Assembly (NCBI RefSeq): GCF_000406145.1
Contig: NZ_CM001976.1
Coordinates: 4,302,380 to 4,334,379, forward strand
Origin: Dickeya dadantii NCPPB 898
GTDB lineage: Bacteria; Pseudomonadota; Gammaproteobacteria; Enterobacterales; Enterobacteriaceae
Reading direction: 5' to 3'
DNA length: 32,000 bases
The notes beneath the pieces were generated by a model. The model ran no database searches. It worked only from the letters and a program-made list of their open reading frames with translations, and was not told the DNA's origin. Of the stretch, positions 1-13,925 are shown in pieces; within the stretch, counting starts at the first letter, position 1, and each line of letters begins with the position of its first letter. A program made the translations under genes and the position numbers.

Positions 1-521
<521 letters not shown>

Positions 522-577
522 TCAAATGCTCTCCCCTGACGGAGAGAGCACGGGATCAATGTGTTGTTAAACCCGAA

Positions 578-2701
<2,124 letters not shown>

Positions 2702-2784
2702 CTATTCCTAGGGCGTTCAAAGTAGTAAACCCGGGCGGGTCAGCCTTTGAAGCGCCCGCCAGGGTATTAACGTCTACGCAGGGA

Positions 2785-3270
<486 letters not shown>

Positions 3271-3351
3271 TTAATTCAGGATTGTCCAAAACTCTACGAG
3301 TTTAGTTTGACATTAAAGTTAAAACGTTTGGCCTTACTTAACGGAGAACCA

Positions 3352-3726
<375 letters not shown>

Positions 3727-3808
3727 TCAAAAAGCTCCTGGTTTTTGCTTCGTAAACACGTAATAAATCACCCCATACTGAGACAGAGGCAAAGTATGAG
3801 GACGCAGA

Positions 3809-3837
3809 ATTTTAGGACTGGCCGGGTAAGGAGTCAA
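3809..3837 (-). promoter_or_regulatory. sigma70 promoter of the str operon (rpsL-rpsG-fusA-tufA)
   Basis: On the minus strand the sequence reads TTGACT (3837-3832), a 17-bp spacer, then TAAAAT (3814-3809). This lies about 85 nt upstream of the rpsL ATG and matches the layout of the known E. coli rpsL promoter. Confidence 0.7.
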
Positions 3838-3858
3838 GAAATATACAAAAAGGCGAAA

Positions 3859-4146
3859 TTACCAAGCCAGTTGCCGGGAATGCAGGGCCGTTAATTGCAC
3901 AAATTCAGTATAGTCAATCAGTACAATTGTGGTGGAAATTTGGTCAACCAGTCCCCGAGCCGCGACGTCCTCTTGCAGGGCGTACACCGTCGCGCCGGAA
4001 GATAGCAGGCGTTCGCCGCCTGGCGCGCCGACCAGCGCGGCGGTTACGCCATCCTGCAGCAGCAAAATGACGTCGTCCTCGCCGACGTTGCGCAGCAGCG
4101 CGTCCAGGTCGGTACGGTAAGGTGAATGAGCCAGAGTATGCAGCAT
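3859..4146 (-). CDS. tusB: Sulfurtransferase complex subunit TusB
   Basis: The translation MLHTLAHSPYRTDLDALLRNVGEDDVILLLQDGVTAAL...IDYTEFVQLTALHSRQLAW matches TusB (DsrH family). I chose the ATG at 4146 rather than the TTG at 4161 because homologues start at MLHTL and a GGTGA sits upstream. Confidence 0.85.
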   Translation of the reverse strand: MLHTLAHSPYRTDLDALLRNVGEDDVILLLQDGVTAALVGAPGGERLLSSGATVYALQEDVAARGLVDQISTTIVLIDYTEFVQLTALHSRQLAW

Positions 4147-4157
4147 GAGGTCACCGG

Positions 4158-4523
4158 TCAAAAGGTCAGGACAGTATCGTAAGTATTCAGCTCAGCACGC
4201 AGCGCATCGGCCGCCAGCGGCGCCACATCCAGCACCCATTTGGTTTCCACCGACAATCCGCGCTGGCGCAGCGACGCCTCGCAGACATAACAGCGTTCAA
4301 TGTCATACAGCGGCAGCACCCCGAAAGTCGCAATATAATTGCGCATCAGGATCAGATCTGGCCGCTGGTTTGGGAGCAGTTGGAATACGCCGTCGGCGAT
4401 AAAGAAAACCCCGATATCCTCGGTCAGCGCCGACATCGCCAGCAAGGCGTCCAGCCCTTCCCGACCAGCAGCCGAGCCATGAGGAGCCTGGGTAAATACG
4501 AAAGCCACTCGCTTCATCTTCAT
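4158..4523 (-). CDS. tusC: Sulfurtransferase complex subunit TusC
   Basis: The translation [33 protein letters not shown]...TYDTVLTF matches TusC (DsrF family). I trimmed the 177-aa track ORF to the ATG at 4523, which lies 11 nt after the tusD stop. Confidence 0.9.
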   Translation of the reverse strand: MKMKRVAFVFTQAPHGSAAGREGLDALLAMSALTEDIGVFFIADGVFQLLPNQRPDLILMRNYIATFGVLPLYDIERCYVCEASLRQRGLSVETKWVLDVAPLAADALRAELNTYDTVLTF

Positions 4524-4534
4524 GTCCCCTCGCG

Positions 4535-4924
4535 CTAAAACTGCACGACGCGATCGCAGCGCAGTACCGACTGCGACAGTTCGCCTAATCCGCTTAGGGT
4601 AAACCCCGGCTGGAGATTCGACCCCGCCAGCTGTAATTGTTCCGCCTGCGTCGCGTCGGTCACGCCGCGACGCAGCGCCGCCGCCACACACACATTGAGT
4701 TCCACCTGGTGGGTCTGCGCCAGTTGCCGCCAGGCCCGGACCAGATCAAACTCGTCGCTGGCCGGCGCGGTAAGTTGGTTGGCGTTCAGCACCCCTTCGC
4801 GGTAGAAGAAAACGCTCTGTAGCCGATACCCTTGCGCCAGCAAAGCCTGCGCGAACTGAAACGCGCTGCTGGCCTGCTGCGTGCCGTAGGCGGGCCCGGT
4901 CACCAGCAGGCAGTAGCTCAGCAT
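4535..4924 (-). CDS. tusD: Sulfurtransferase TusD
   Basis: The 129-aa ORF reads [32 protein letters not shown]...[22 protein letters not shown], a close TusD match. Its start overlaps the yheO stop (TAATG at 4922-4926). Confidence 0.93.
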   Translation of the reverse strand: MLSYCLLVTGPAYGTQQASSAFQFAQALLAQGYRLQSVFFYREGVLNANQLTAPASDEFDLVRAWRQLAQTHQVELNVCVAAALRRGVTDATQAEQLQLAGSNLQPGFTLSGLGELSQSVLRCDRVVQF

Positions 4925-5646
4925 TAACGATCGTGCCCGCTGAAGTCGCCGCTCTTGAACTGGCGGATATACAGGTAGACGGTATGCTTGGAAATATTCA
5001 GCCGGTCGGCCACCTGATTGATGGCGTCCTTGATATCGAAGATGCCTTTCTCATAGAGATTGAGCACAATCTGGCGGTTCTTGGCATTGTTGGAGACGTT
5101 GCGATCGGCGTTCACCTCTTCGATAGTGAACTCCAGCGTCTGCGCCACCAGTTCATCCACCGAAGACGCAAAGTTGACGGAGGATGCCACTTCTTTAATT
5201 TCAGGCGGCATGAAGGTTTGCATGATCTGTGAGAAGGGGACGTCGAGATTCATATTGATGCACAACAGCCCGATCACGCGCTGTTCGCGATTGCGGATAG
5301 CGATGGTTACCGACTTCATCAATACGCCGCTTTTGGCGCGGGTGAAATACGCTCTGGAAACGCTGCTGTCTTCGCCTGCCATATCGTGCAGCATGCGCAA
5401 CGCCAGATCGGTGATGGGTGAGCCGATTTTACGTCCGGTGTGCTCGCCATTGGCGATACGGACCGCCGAGCATTTCAGGTCGTCCAGCGAGTGCAGCACG
5501 ATCTCGCAATGATCGCCGATCAGCATCGCCAGACCGTCGACCACTGCTTCATACGATTTCAGGATTTCATAATCCGTCTGCGTGAACGGACGCTGGTCCA
5601 GCAAATCAAGGTCATTGGATTCGCCAGTAACAAGCGAAGTAGACAT
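4924..5646 (-). CDS. yheO: YheO-like PAS/HTH DNA-binding transcriptional regulator
   Basis: The translation [44 protein letters not shown]...[18 protein letters not shown] is collinear with E. coli YheO. I chose the ATG at 5646, which is preceded by GAGGGTGGTG. Confidence 0.9.
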   Translation of the reverse strand: MSTSLVTGESNDLDLLDQRPFTQTDYEILKSYEAVVDGLAMLIGDHCEIVLHSLDDLKCSAVRIANGEHTGRKIGSPITDLALRMLHDMAGEDSSVSRAYFTRAKSGVLMKSVTIAIRNREQRVIGLLCINMNLDVPFSQIMQTFMPPEIKEVASSVNFASSVDELVAQTLEFTIEEVNADRNVSNNAKNRQIVLNLYEKGIFDIKDAINQVADRLNISKHTVYLYIRQFKSGDFSGHDR

Positions 5647-5756
5647 GGCAGGCACCACCCTCAACGTCATTTATCATCGTATTGACAGGATTATCAGTCT
5701 ATCAAATAACCCTTGCGTCGTCCTTTGTATTTCATGGACGGACCGGGGTCACCGCT

Positions 5757-5773
5757 CTTAAGGTTGATTTAAT
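5757..5773 (+). promoter_or_regulatory. PmrA box: a direct repeat YTTAAK-N5-YTTAAK upstream of eptA
   Basis: CTTAAG gttga TTTAAT fits the published PmrA/BasR half-site consensus with 5-bp spacing. A -10-like TAGAGT lies at 5784-5789. The box sits 56 bp upstream of the eptA ATG. Confidence 0.6.
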
Positions 5774-5828
5774 TTATCCGGTTTAGAGTGCGACAAATCA
5801 TATTTTCTTGCCTGGATGGCTATCCGCA

Positions 5829-7472
5829 ATGTTTAAAATGTCTCGTCTCTCCCGCCCCGTCTGGAGCAGCTTTACCTATAACCTGGTGTTCGCTGCTTTC
5901 ATTACCCTGATACAAAATATCGCCTACTATCGCCAGGTTTCACATCTGGTCGCTATCAATACCTGGCGGGATGGATTATTCCTGGCCACCATGCCTGTAG
6001 TCATTTTTGCGGTACTAAATGTTCTGTTCGCCCTGCTGTTCATTTCCTGGCTGCGTCAGGGCGTGGTCGCTCTGCTGCTGGTTGGCGGTGCGGCGGTACA
6101 ATATTTCATGATCAACTACGGCATCATCATCGACCGTACCATGATGCAGAATGTGTTCGAAACCAACATGGCAGAATCCATGGCGCTGGTGACGCCACAG
6201 TATCTGCTCTGGTTGACGCTGCTGGGCATCGTTCCCGCGCTGGGCGCGCTGTGGGTTAAAATCAAACCGACGCCGTTAAGTTGGGTCACGATTGGCGCCC
6301 GCTGCTTCAGCATCCTGATGTCGATCGTCGCGATTCTGCTGGTCGCCACCTTTTTCTATAAAGATTACGCCTCGCTGATGCGAAATAATAAGGAACTGGT
6401 GAAATCGCTGACCCCCAGCAATATTATTTTCGCCAACATTTCTTATTACCGTCATCACGCGCAAGCCAATTTGCCGCTGGTGCAAATCGGGTTGGATGCG
6501 CATAAAAATCCGCAGGCAAGCGGCGATGCCAAAAAGAATTTGGTGATTCTGGTGGTGGGGGAAACGTCCCGTGCCGAGAACTTTTCGCTCGGCGGCTACG
6601 ACAAGCCCACCAACCCGCGGCTGGCCAACGATAATGTGATCTATTTCGGTCAGACGGCGTCCTGCGGCACCTCTACCGGGGTTTCCGTTCCCTGTATGTT
6701 CTCCAACATGCCGCGCGCCGGCTACGATGAACAACTGGCCTCCCATCAGGAAGGATTGCTGGATGTGCTGCAACACGCCGGCGTCAACGTTCGCTGGCAG
6801 GAGAACGACGGCGGCTGCAAAGGCGCCTGCGATCGCGTGCCGAGCACGGATATCACCGCGCTGAATCTGCCTGACCAGTGCAGTGGTGGGGAGTGCCATG
6901 ACGAAGCATTGTTTAGCGACGTCGAAGATTACATCAATCAGTTGAACAACGACGGCATCATTGTGCTGCATACGATGGGCAGCCACGGGCCGGCTTATTA
7001 CCAGCGCTATCCCGACGACTTTCGAAAATTCACCCCGACCTGCGATACCAATCAGATCCAGACATGCTCGCGAGAATCATTAATCAATACTTACGATAAT
7101 ACGATTCTCTACGTAGACTATATTGTTGATAAGGCAATTAATGTCTTGAAAGGGCATCAGGATAAATTTAACACCGCTTTGGTTTATCTTTCCGACCACG
7201 GCGAGTCACTGGGCGAAGATGGGATCTACCTGCACAGCATGCCGTACGCGGTCGCGCCCACACAACAAACCCATATCCCGATGCTGATGTGGCTTTCCGG
7301 CGGCTATCAGCAACAGTTCTCCATCGACGACAGTTGCATGCGCAAGCAAGCCGGCCAGCAACGTTTTTCCCAGGACAATCTGTTCCATACCGTTCTGGGC
7401 ATGTTTAACATTGCGACAAAGGAATATCAGGCGCCGCTTGATATTCTTCAACCGTGTCGGGGCACTTCATGA
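5829..7472 (+). CDS. eptA: Lipid A phosphoethanolamine transferase (EptA/PmrC)
   Basis: The protein is collinear with E. coli EptA. It has N-terminal TM helices, a [15 protein letters not shown] catalytic Thr motif, [37 protein letters not shown] and [11 protein letters not shown]. The start was set at [10 protein letters not shown] by alignment to MLKRLLKRPS. The stop overlaps the pmrA start (ATGA at 7469-7472). Confidence 0.92.
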   Translation: MFKMSRLSRPVWSSFTYNLVFAAFITLIQNIAYYRQVSHLVAINTWRDGLFLATMPVVIFAVLNVLFALLFISWLRQGVVALLLVGGAAVQYFMINYGIIIDRTMMQNVFETNMAESMALVTPQYLLWLTLLGIVPALGALWVKIKPTPLSWVTIGARCFSILMSIVAILLVATFFYKDYASLMRNNKELVKSLTPSNIIFANISYYRHHAQANLPLVQIGLDAHKNPQASGDAKKNLVILVVGETSRAENFSLGGYDKPTNPRLANDNVIYFGQTASCGTSTGVSVPCMFSNMPRAGYDEQLASHQEGLLDVLQHAGVNVRWQENDGGCKGACDRVPSTDITALNLPDQCSGGECHDEALFSDVEDYINQLNNDGIIVLHTMGSHGPAYYQRYPDDFRKFTPTCDTNQIQTCSRESLINTYDNTILYVDYIVDKAINVLKGHQDKFNTALVYLSDHGESLGEDGIYLHSMPYAVAPTQQTHIPMLMWLSGGYQQQFSIDDSCMRKQAGQQRFSQDNLFHTVLGMFNIATKEYQAPLDILQPCRGTS

Positions 7473-8137
7473 AACTTTTGATTGTTGAAGATGATACGCT
7501 GTTACAGGAAGGATTATTGCAGGCGATGCGCAACGAAGGGTATGTCTGCGATTGCGCCTCCACTGCCAAAGAAGCGGATGCCCTGATCACCAGCGCCCAC
7601 TACAGCCTGGTGGTACTGGATTTGGGGTTGCCGGATGAAGACGGCCTCACCCTGCTAAACCGCTGGCGGCGGAACCGCTACCAGCAACCGGTGTTAATTC
7701 TGACCGCCCGCGATACCGTGGACGATCGCGTTACCGGGCTGGACGTCGGCGCAGACGATTACATGATAAAGCCCTTTGCGCTGAGCGAATTTCAGGCAAG
7801 GGTCCGCGCACTGATCCGCCGCCATCAGGGATCCAGCGACAGCTGGATCCGGGTAGACAACATCACGCTCGATCTCAACAATCAACAGGTCATGCTGGAC
7901 GATAAACCGATCGTCCTGACCCCCAAAGAGTTCGCCATTCTGTCCCGACTGATCCTCAAGGCCGGTTCACAGGTACACCGCGAAGTGCTGCATCAGGACC
8001 TTTACAGCTGGGACGACGACCCCTCCTCCAATTCGCTGGAAGTGCATATCCACAACCTGCGGCAGAAGATCGGCAAAAATCGAATCAAGACCCTGCGCGG
8101 TTTCGGTTATCTTCTGACCAAAGGGGACCAGACATGA
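7469..8137 (+). CDS. pmrA: OmpR-family response regulator PmrA/BasR
   Basis: The translation [20 protein letters not shown]...[13 protein letters not shown]...[21 protein letters not shown]...[13 protein letters not shown]...[11 protein letters not shown] is collinear with BasR. It forms ATGA overlaps with both neighbours. Confidence 0.92.
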   Translation: MKLLIVEDDTLLQEGLLQAMRNEGYVCDCASTAKEADALITSAHYSLVVLDLGLPDEDGLTLLNRWRRNRYQQPVLILTARDTVDDRVTGLDVGADDYMIKPFALSEFQARVRALIRRHQGSSDSWIRVDNITLDLNNQQVMLDDKPIVLTPKEFAILSRLILKAGSQVHREVLHQDLYSWDDDPSSNSLEVHIHNLRQKIGKNRIKTLRGFGYLLTKGDQT

Positions 8138-9234
8138 GGCTCATCCCCCGAAACCTTGCGGATCGCACCACCAGCATCAGGAAACAGCTGGTTCTGACGC
8201 TCGGCTGTATCTTGCTGATTTGCCAGCTTATCAGCGTGTTTTGGCTATGGTTTGAGAGCAAAGAACAAATTGAACTGCTGGTTAATCAGACGCTGACCGC
8301 ACAATCACACGAAGATGATATCCAGTTCGAGATTTATGAGGCGATAGCCGCTCTCAGTCTGCCGGGTCTGGTCATGGTTACCGCCACCTTATTAATATGC
8401 GCACAGGCCATCAGTCGTCTTACGCGCCCACTCACCGAGCTGCAGCAGGAGTTGCAAAATCGGAGCGCCGAAAATCTGGAGCCGCTCCAGCAACAAAGCA
8501 ACCTCACCGAAGTCGCGGCCGTCATCGCCAGCATGAACCAGCTGTTTACACGTTTTAGCGAATCGCTGCGTCGCGACCGGCTCTTCGCCTCGAATGTTGC
8601 GCATGAGCTGCGCACCCCGCTGGCGGGTATCCGGCTCAGTCTGGAATTGCACGAACAAGTGCACAAGATCGACTGCCAGCCATTAATCAAGCGCATCGAC
8701 CATCTGACTAAAACCATCGAACAGTTGCTGTTGCTGGCTCGGGTCGGAAACGAACTCGCCGCCGGCCACTATGAGTCAGTGTCCCTGGTTGACGATGTGA
8801 TTGCGCCAAAACAGGAAGAGCTGGAGGAAATGGCATCCATACGTCACCAACAGCTCGACTGGCGGTCGGACACGCAGACCGGCACCGTACCGGGCAATGC
8901 GACGCTATTACAGTTGCTGCTGCGTAATCTGGTGGAAAACGCCTATCGATACAGCCCGGAAAACAGCACTATCACCGTCAGGATCACCGACCATTCCAAC
9001 GGTGGTTGTGAACTGGTCGTCGCGGACGAGGGACCGGGAATCAACGAATCCCAGGTGGGAGAACTGACCAAAGCGTTTGTACGCATGGATACCCGCTACG
9101 GCGGCATCGGGCTCGGGCTGAGCATCGTGACCCGCATCGTGCAGTTGCACCACGGCGAGTTCTTTCTGGAAAACCGGCGTGACCGCACCGGGACTCAGGC
9201 CCGTGTGGTGCTGCATACGCATATCCATATCTGA
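8134..9234 (+). CDS. pmrB: Sensor histidine kinase PmrB/BasS
   Basis: The 366-aa product has two TM segments flanking a short periplasmic loop that carries ExxE motifs (ESKE, EQIE, EIYE). It has the H-box [16 protein letters not shown] and an ATPase domain with DEGPGI and [10 protein letters not shown]. Confidence 0.9.
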   Translation: MRLIPRNLADRTTSIRKQLVLTLGCILLICQLISVFWLWFESKEQIELLVNQTLTAQSHEDDIQFEIYEAIAALSLPGLVMVTATLLICAQAISRLTRPLTELQQELQNRSAENLEPLQQQSNLTEVAAVIASMNQLFTRFSESLRRDRLFASNVAHELRTPLAGIRLSLELHEQVHKIDCQPLIKRIDHLTKTIEQLLLLARVGNELAAGHYESVSLVDDVIAPKQEELEEMASIRHQQLDWRSDTQTGTVPGNATLLQLLLRNLVENAYRYSPENSTITVRITDHSNGGCELVVADEGPGINESQVGELTKAFVRMDTRYGGIGLGLSIVTRIVQLHHGEFFLENRRDRTGTQARVVLHTHIHI

Positions 9235-9367
9235 TGCTACGCCGGGCCCCACAAGACGGCGGACGCGGCCCTGCCTACGGTGGAAAACGCCCGCCCCGTC
9301 GATTTCGTCGTTACCAACGCCATCCGCAGGCTGCAAGCGGACACGCCGGATCATCCCGGCGAACCGA

Positions 9368-10138
9368 TCAGATAAAACGACTGAGAAACGCCTGGGTACG
9401 CGGATGGCGCGGAGTGGTCAGTACCGCCTCGGCGCTGCCCTGCTCCACCACCACGCCGCCATCCATAAACACCACCCGATCGGCCGCCTCCCGGGCGAAT
9501 CCAATCTCGTGGGTAACGACAATCATCGTCAGCCCCTGCTCCGCCAGCGCACGCATGGTGGCCAGCACCTCGCCCACCAGCTCCGGGTCGAGCGCCGATG
9601 TGGGCTCGTCGAACAGCATCAGCCGCGGCTTGATCGCCAGCGCTCGGGCAATCGCCACCCGCTGCTGCTGGCCGCCGGACAGATGACGGGGCCAGGCATC
9701 GGCCTTATCGCTCAGCCCGACCGTGTTCAGCAATTCCTTCGCGTAGCGAATCGCTTCCCCTTTGGGCCGTTTGTGCACGCCGATTGGCGCTTCGATAATG
9801 TTCTGCAGCACCGTCATATGGGGATAAAGATTGAACTGCTGAAACACCATGCCTATCTCCCGGCGCTGCCTTGCGATACGGTGGGGCGACAGACGATGCA
9901 GACGACCGTGCTTGAGTTCGTAGCCAATCTGCTCTTCCCCCACCATGATCGAACCGGCGCTCATATCCTCCAAATGGTTGATACAACGCAAAAACGTCGA
10001 CTTACCCGAACCGGAAGGCCCCAGAATCACCACCACCTCGCCCGGATAGACATCCAGGTCGATCCCTTTCAGGACTTCATTGTCGCCATAGCTTTTCTGA
10101 ACATTGCGGGCACGTACCAGCGGCATTATATCGTTCAT
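9368..10138 (-). CDS. Polar amino-acid ABC transporter ATP-binding protein
   Basis: The translation begins [30 protein letters not shown]. It has Walker [10 protein letters not shown], the signature [15 protein letters not shown], Walker [13 protein letters not shown] and the H-loop VTHEIGFA. I trimmed the 314-aa track ORF to the ATG at 10138, which overlaps the permease stop (ATGA). Confidence 0.9.
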   Translation of the reverse strand: MNDIMPLVRARNVQKSYGDNEVLKGIDLDVYPGEVVVILGPSGSGKSTFLRCINHLEDMSAGSIMVGEEQIGYELKHGRLHRLSPHRIARQRREIGMVFQQFNLYPHMTVLQNIIEAPIGVHKRPKGEAIRYAKELLNTVGLSDKADAWPRHLSGGQQQRVAIARALAIKPRLMLFDEPTSALDPELVGEVLATMRALAEQGLTMIVVTHEIGFAREAADRVVFMDGGVVVEQGSAEAVLTTPRHPRTQAFLSRFI

Positions 10139-11115
10139 GCACCCTCCTTCTTCATCCAGGGCTGCCCGACGGCGGCAGATGCGCTCTCCGATTCCTGATT
10201 TGGCGCCGGTCGGCGTTTGCCGACCGAAACCGTGCGGCGCGAACCGCGGGCGTAATAACGCTCGATCGCCGACTGGCCGACGTTCAGTATCGAAGTAATC
10301 AGCAGATACCAAATCACCGCTACCATCAGCATCGGGATAATCTCAAAGGTCCGGTTATAGATGGCCTGCACCGAGTACAACAGATCGCTCATAGCAATCA
10401 CGCTCACCAGCGAAGTCGCCTTGATCATGCTGATTAACTGGTTGCCGGTCGGCGGAATAATGGCGCGCATAGCCTGGGGAATAATAATGCGGCGTAGCGC
10501 CCTCATCCGGCTCATCCCGAAGGCCTGCGTGGTTTCTATCTGGCCCTGATCCACCGATAACAGACCCGAACGGATAATCTCCGCCATATAGGCCGCTTCG
10601 TTCAACGCCAGACCGGCGATAGCGGCGGTCAGCGGCGTAATCAGATCGTTGGTCTTCCACTCGACCAGCGTCGGCCCGGTAACCGGAATCGCCAGCGAAA
10701 TAGTCGGAAACAACGTAGACAGGTTGTACCAGAAAATCAGTTGCACCAGCAGCGGCGTTCCCCGGAAAAACCAGATGTATAAACCGGACAGCCCGCTTAG
10801 CAAGCGATTGTCCGACAGGCGGGCAACCGCCAGCAGCAGCCCCAGCGCGACGCCGAGCAGCATGGCGATAACCGTCAGCCCCAGCGTAACCTCCAACCCT
10901 TTCATGACCGAGCCTTCGGTAAACCACTGCACCACCACTTTCCACTCAAAATTGGGGTTGGTCGCCACCACCCAGAAAAAATCGGCGGCGACCAGCAAGA
11001 CCACAATCCAGGAAACCAGGCGCCCATAGCGTGGCGCACTGTGGGCAAACGCCACGTCACGCGCCTTTACGTCAGCATTTTCGCTGGTTCGAGAATCCGT
11101 GGCGCCGTCGTTCAT
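10135..11115 (-). CDS. Amino-acid ABC transporter permease (HisM/HisQ family), with an extra N-terminal TM and a hydrophilic C-terminal tail
   Basis: The 326-aa product has multiple TM helices and an EAA-type loop, [47 protein letters not shown]. Its start overlaps the stop of the substrate-binding protein gene (ATGA at 11112-11115). Confidence 0.88.
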   Translation of the reverse strand: MNDGATDSRTSENADVKARDVAFAHSAPRYGRLVSWIVVLLVAADFFWVVATNPNFEWKVVVQWFTEGSVMKGLEVTLGLTVIAMLLGVALGLLLAVARLSDNRLLSGLSGLYIWFFRGTPLLVQLIFWYNLSTLFPTISLAIPVTGPTLVEWKTNDLITPLTAAIAGLALNEAAYMAEIIRSGLLSVDQGQIETTQAFGMSRMRALRRIIIPQAMRAIIPPTGNQLISMIKATSLVSVIAMSDLLYSVQAIYNRTFEIIPMLMVAVIWYLLITSILNVGQSAIERYYARGSRRTVSVGKRRPAPNQESESASAAVGQPWMKKEGA

Positions 11116-12002
11116 TTCGCCGCTCCCTTCGCCAGGTTCACTCCCGGTTCAGAGAGAGTGTTATTGTCCAGCTTCCACTTTTTCATGATGGCGGCGTAAG
11201 TCCCGTTCTTGAACAGTTCTTTATAGGCGTCCAGCACCACTTTGCCCAGTTGCGAATCCTTCGGCACCACCGACCCCTGGAAAATATCGCCGAAACCATT
11301 CTTCTTGCCGACGGCAGTCAACTCAAGCTGACCATTGGCCTGCCCCACGAAATACACCAGCGGAGCCTGGGAAGAGAAAAAAGCGTCAGAACGCTTGGAA
11401 CGCACGGCCAAAATAGACGAAGGCTGATCCGTAAACGATTGCACGGTGACAGCGGGTTTACCGGCATCGGAGCAGACCTGAGACTGCTTGCGGATAACCT
11501 GCTCAGCGGAACCGCCGGCCATCACCGCGATATTCTTGCCGCAGGCATCATCCAACCCATTGATATTTTGTGGATTGCCTTTCTGCACGGCAAATACCAC
11601 GAACTCTTGCGCGTAGTCGATGAAGTCATTATCTTTCTGGCGATCGGGGTAATCCCCCACCGGGCCAATCGCCATCTGATACCGGCCGGACTTGATGCCC
11701 GCCAGGACTCCGGACAGGCCGCTCACCGTGGCATGTTCAATCTTGACGCCCAGCAATTGCCCCAGCGCTTCGGCCAGATCGGCGCTGGCGCCATCCATCT
11801 CGGTCGGGCCTTTAACAATCTCGTACGGGGGGAAGGAGCCGTTGTTCACGGCAACGATCTTCCCGGCCTTCTTGATATCGTCAGGCAGACGATCGTGCAG
11901 CGCCTGATCCACTTTTTGGGCCGGAATACTCTCGGCGGCATAGCCGACGCCGGTCACCATTCCCAGCGCTAAAGCCAGTGCGTAGGCAGTCTTCTTCATC
12001 AT
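11112..12002 (-). CDS. Periplasmic family-3 (polar amino acid type) substrate-binding protein
   Basis: The 296-aa product has the signal peptide MMKKTAYALALALGMVTGVGYA-AE. The body is typical of SBP_bac_3 proteins, for example PPYEIV and GLDDACGKNIAVMAGGSAEQ. Confidence 0.88.
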   Translation of the reverse strand: MMKKTAYALALALGMVTGVGYAAESIPAQKVDQALHDRLPDDIKKAGKIVAVNNGSFPPYEIVKGPTEMDGASADLAEALGQLLGVKIEHATVSGLSGVLAGIKSGRYQMAIGPVGDYPDRQKDNDFIDYAQEFVVFAVQKGNPQNINGLDDACGKNIAVMAGGSAEQVIRKQSQVCSDAGKPAVTVQSFTDQPSSILAVRSKRSDAFFSSQAPLVYFVGQANGQLELTAVGKKNGFGDIFQGSVVPKDSQLGKVVLDAYKELFKNGTYAAIMKKWKLDNNTLSEPGVNLAKGAAK

Positions 12003-12018
12003 AAATATCCCCTGTCTG

Positions 12019-12813
12019 TTATTGGGTTTTTAATTCAGGACGGGCAAAACGACGATTTTTCAAAACCGGCAGCGCATCACGCGCCGAGGCGATGCGTTCC
12101 GGGTCCAGACAGGCGACCACCAGCGCCGGGCCTTCGGCTGCCTTAGCGATAGACACCCCCAGCGGATCCACCACCATGCTATTGCCGATATTGCGCGGCC
12201 CGCATTCCCCAACCGCCACCACATAGCAGGTGTTCTCCAGCGCGCGGGCGGTAACCAACACGTCCCAGTGCATCTCTTTGAGCGGCCCTTTTACCCAGGC
12301 CGCGGGCAGCACCAGCACATCAGCGCCATCCAGCACCAGGCGACGGGCCAGCTCAGGAAAACGCACGTCATAACAGGTCATCAGTCCCACTTTCATACCG
12401 GCTACATCCACCAACGGCGGAACCGCATCGCCTGGAGTAACCCGCTGCGACTCCTGCATGGAGAAAGCGTCATAAAGGTGCAATTTGTCGTAACGCGCGA
12501 CAATTTCGCCATCGCGGATGGCGATCAGCACATTCAACGCACGATGATTTTCCGTCGGGACATGAACGCTCATCATGGTTGTCAGCGCGTTGCCGCGGCT
12601 GGCCGCCAGCAGTTGACTGACAAACGGGCCGTCCAGCGGCTGCGCCGCTTTCAGCACCAAATCCGGATCGGTGATATCGCGCGCCAGCACGCCTTCCGGC
12701 ATCACCAGCAGATCGGCGCCGGCCTCCCGCGCGCGGGCCATCAACGACAAACAGGTATCGGCGTTCTCCTGCCATTCGCGACTGACGGCAAACTGCCCCA
12801 TGGCTACTTTCAT
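12019..12813 (-). CDS. Carbon-nitrogen hydrolase (nitrilase superfamily), YbeM/Nit1-like amidase
   Basis: The 264-aa product shows the Glu-Lys-Cys triad contexts LLVMPEG, RYDKLHLYD and VGLMTCYDVRFPE. It also has LVLPAAW and looks collinear with E. coli YbeM as I remember it. Confidence 0.88.
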   Translation of the reverse strand: MKVAMGQFAVSREWQENADTCLSLMARAREAGADLLVMPEGVLARDITDPDLVLKAAQPLDGPFVSQLLAASRGNALTTMMSVHVPTENHRALNVLIAIRDGEIVARYDKLHLYDAFSMQESQRVTPGDAVPPLVDVAGMKVGLMTCYDVRFPELARRLVLDGADVLVLPAAWVKGPLKEMHWDVLVTARALENTCYVVAVGECGPRNIGNSMVVDPLGVSIAKAAEGPALVVACLDPERIASARDALPVLKNRRFARPELKTQ

Positions 12814-12816
12814 GTC

Positions 12817-13779
12817 TTACGCTCCCTGAGTGTCAAAGGCCGGAAACATTGCTTCCGGCGTCAGTAATGTGTCGGTTATGTCTTGTTCGTAAAGTTCACG
12901 GGCGAAATCGGCGATCATTTTGCGGTTGACGTCAAAACCGTTGTCATTCCAGTTGGCCGGCAGATCCTGAGCGGTGCGGCGCAGGTCGTCCAACAGCCAG
13001 GGCGTGGTATCCGCGTACTTCTCGCGCTTTTGCTGCCAAACCTGGGCGGATCGATCGATAAGCCGACTCAGTTCCCTGGGCAGCCACGGCAGCGACTCGA
13101 CCAGCGCCGGTTTGATGCCGAGCATATGGATGCCTGGCACATAACCCACGCGACGGAAATACGTCAGTTCGGCCTGGCGGAAATCAGCCTGCACTTGGCG
13201 CAGCCCGGACCCCGGCAGGAAGAAGCCCTGCGGCATAAACGGGGTGAAAACGGCATCCAGCTCTCCGGCCTGCAACAATTCAATCAGCGGACGCTCGCCC
13301 GGCGCGGCTTCAATATGACCGGGGCGACCAAACCGTCCCAGACGATCGACGATGGGGTGATCAGCCGTCAGTCGTCCGGCAAACCAGCGAACATCCTCAA
13401 TGCCCACGCCGGCTTCCCGCAGCAGAGTGCGCGTCCAGGTATTGCCGGAATCCTGCCAACCGGTCACGCCGATGCGCCCGCCCTTCAACTGTTCCAGCGA
13501 CGTAACGGGGTTATCCGCCGTGGTGATGATGCAGCGCTGCCGAAACCCCCGCATCAAAAAATGGGGCACGCCCAACAATGACGTATCGCCTTTGGCGCGC
13601 GCCTGCGCATAACGGCTGAAAGAAACTTCGCCCGCATCGTAATGCTCGCTGGTGGCCAGATCGTCCACCAGCGTATTCACCCGGTGTACCTCAACGTTGA
13701 ATCTTTCCGACCGGACATCGCCGAGCGCCAACGGCGTGAAATAGTCCCAATCCCGAACGGCCAGTCTAATGGTGATCAT
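12817..13779 (-). CDS. Signal-less NMT1/THI5 SBP-fold protein resembling '4,5-dihydroxyphthalate decarboxylase (PhtD)-like' proteins
   Basis: The translation begins MITIRLAVRDWDYFTPLALGDV with no signal peptide. The blocks GVPHFLMRGFRQRCIIT and LKGGRIGVTGWQDSGNTWTRTLL parallel PhtD-family blocks. I chose the ATG at 13779, preceded by AAGGA; the track ORF carries 16 extra codons. A 3-bp gap separates it from the hydrolase gene. Confidence 0.7.
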   Translation of the reverse strand: MITIRLAVRDWDYFTPLALGDVRSERFNVEVHRVNTLVDDLATSEHYDAGEVSFSRYAQARAKGDTSLLGVPHFLMRGFRQRCIITTADNPVTSLEQLKGGRIGVTGWQDSGNTWTRTLLREAGVGIEDVRWFAGRLTADHPIVDRLGRFGRPGHIEAAPGERPLIELLQAGELDAVFTPFMPQGFFLPGSGLRQVQADFRQAELTYFRRVGYVPGIHMLGIKPALVESLPWLPRELSRLIDRSAQVWQQKREKYADTTPWLLDDLRRTAQDLPANWNDNGFDVNRKMIADFARELYEQDITDTLLTPEAMFPAFDTQGA

Positions 13780-13873
13780 TATGTTTTTTTCCTTACGCTC
13801 CCGGTGTTGCGCGCAATCCGAACGCATTCAGATTGTTTTGCATCCAAATACTGCTTGAATTTGATACTATGGC

Positions 13874-13885
13874 GATAATATTATC
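13874..13885. promoter_or_regulatory. Perfect 12-bp palindrome GATAATATTATC in the divergent promoter region; candidate operator
   Basis: It lies in the 146-bp gap between the operon start (13779, minus) and the MocR gene start (13926, plus). It overlaps a plausible plus-strand promoter: TTGAAT at 13855-60, an 18-bp spacer, then TATTAT at 13879-84. Further inverted repeats are TTGCGCGCAA (13807-16) and TTGTT-attg-AACAA (13901-14). Confidence 0.4.
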
Positions 13886-13925
13886 TGTACAATAATTTAT
13901 TTGTTATTGAACAAATCATTTTCTT

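Noticed and set aside
9235-9367. A GC hairpin, CGCCGG-atcatc-CCGGCG (9344-9361), lies between convergent pmrB and the ABC ATPase gene. I considered it as a terminator.
   Set aside because: It has only a 6-bp stem and no U-tract on either strand, so it is not convincing as an intrinsic terminator.
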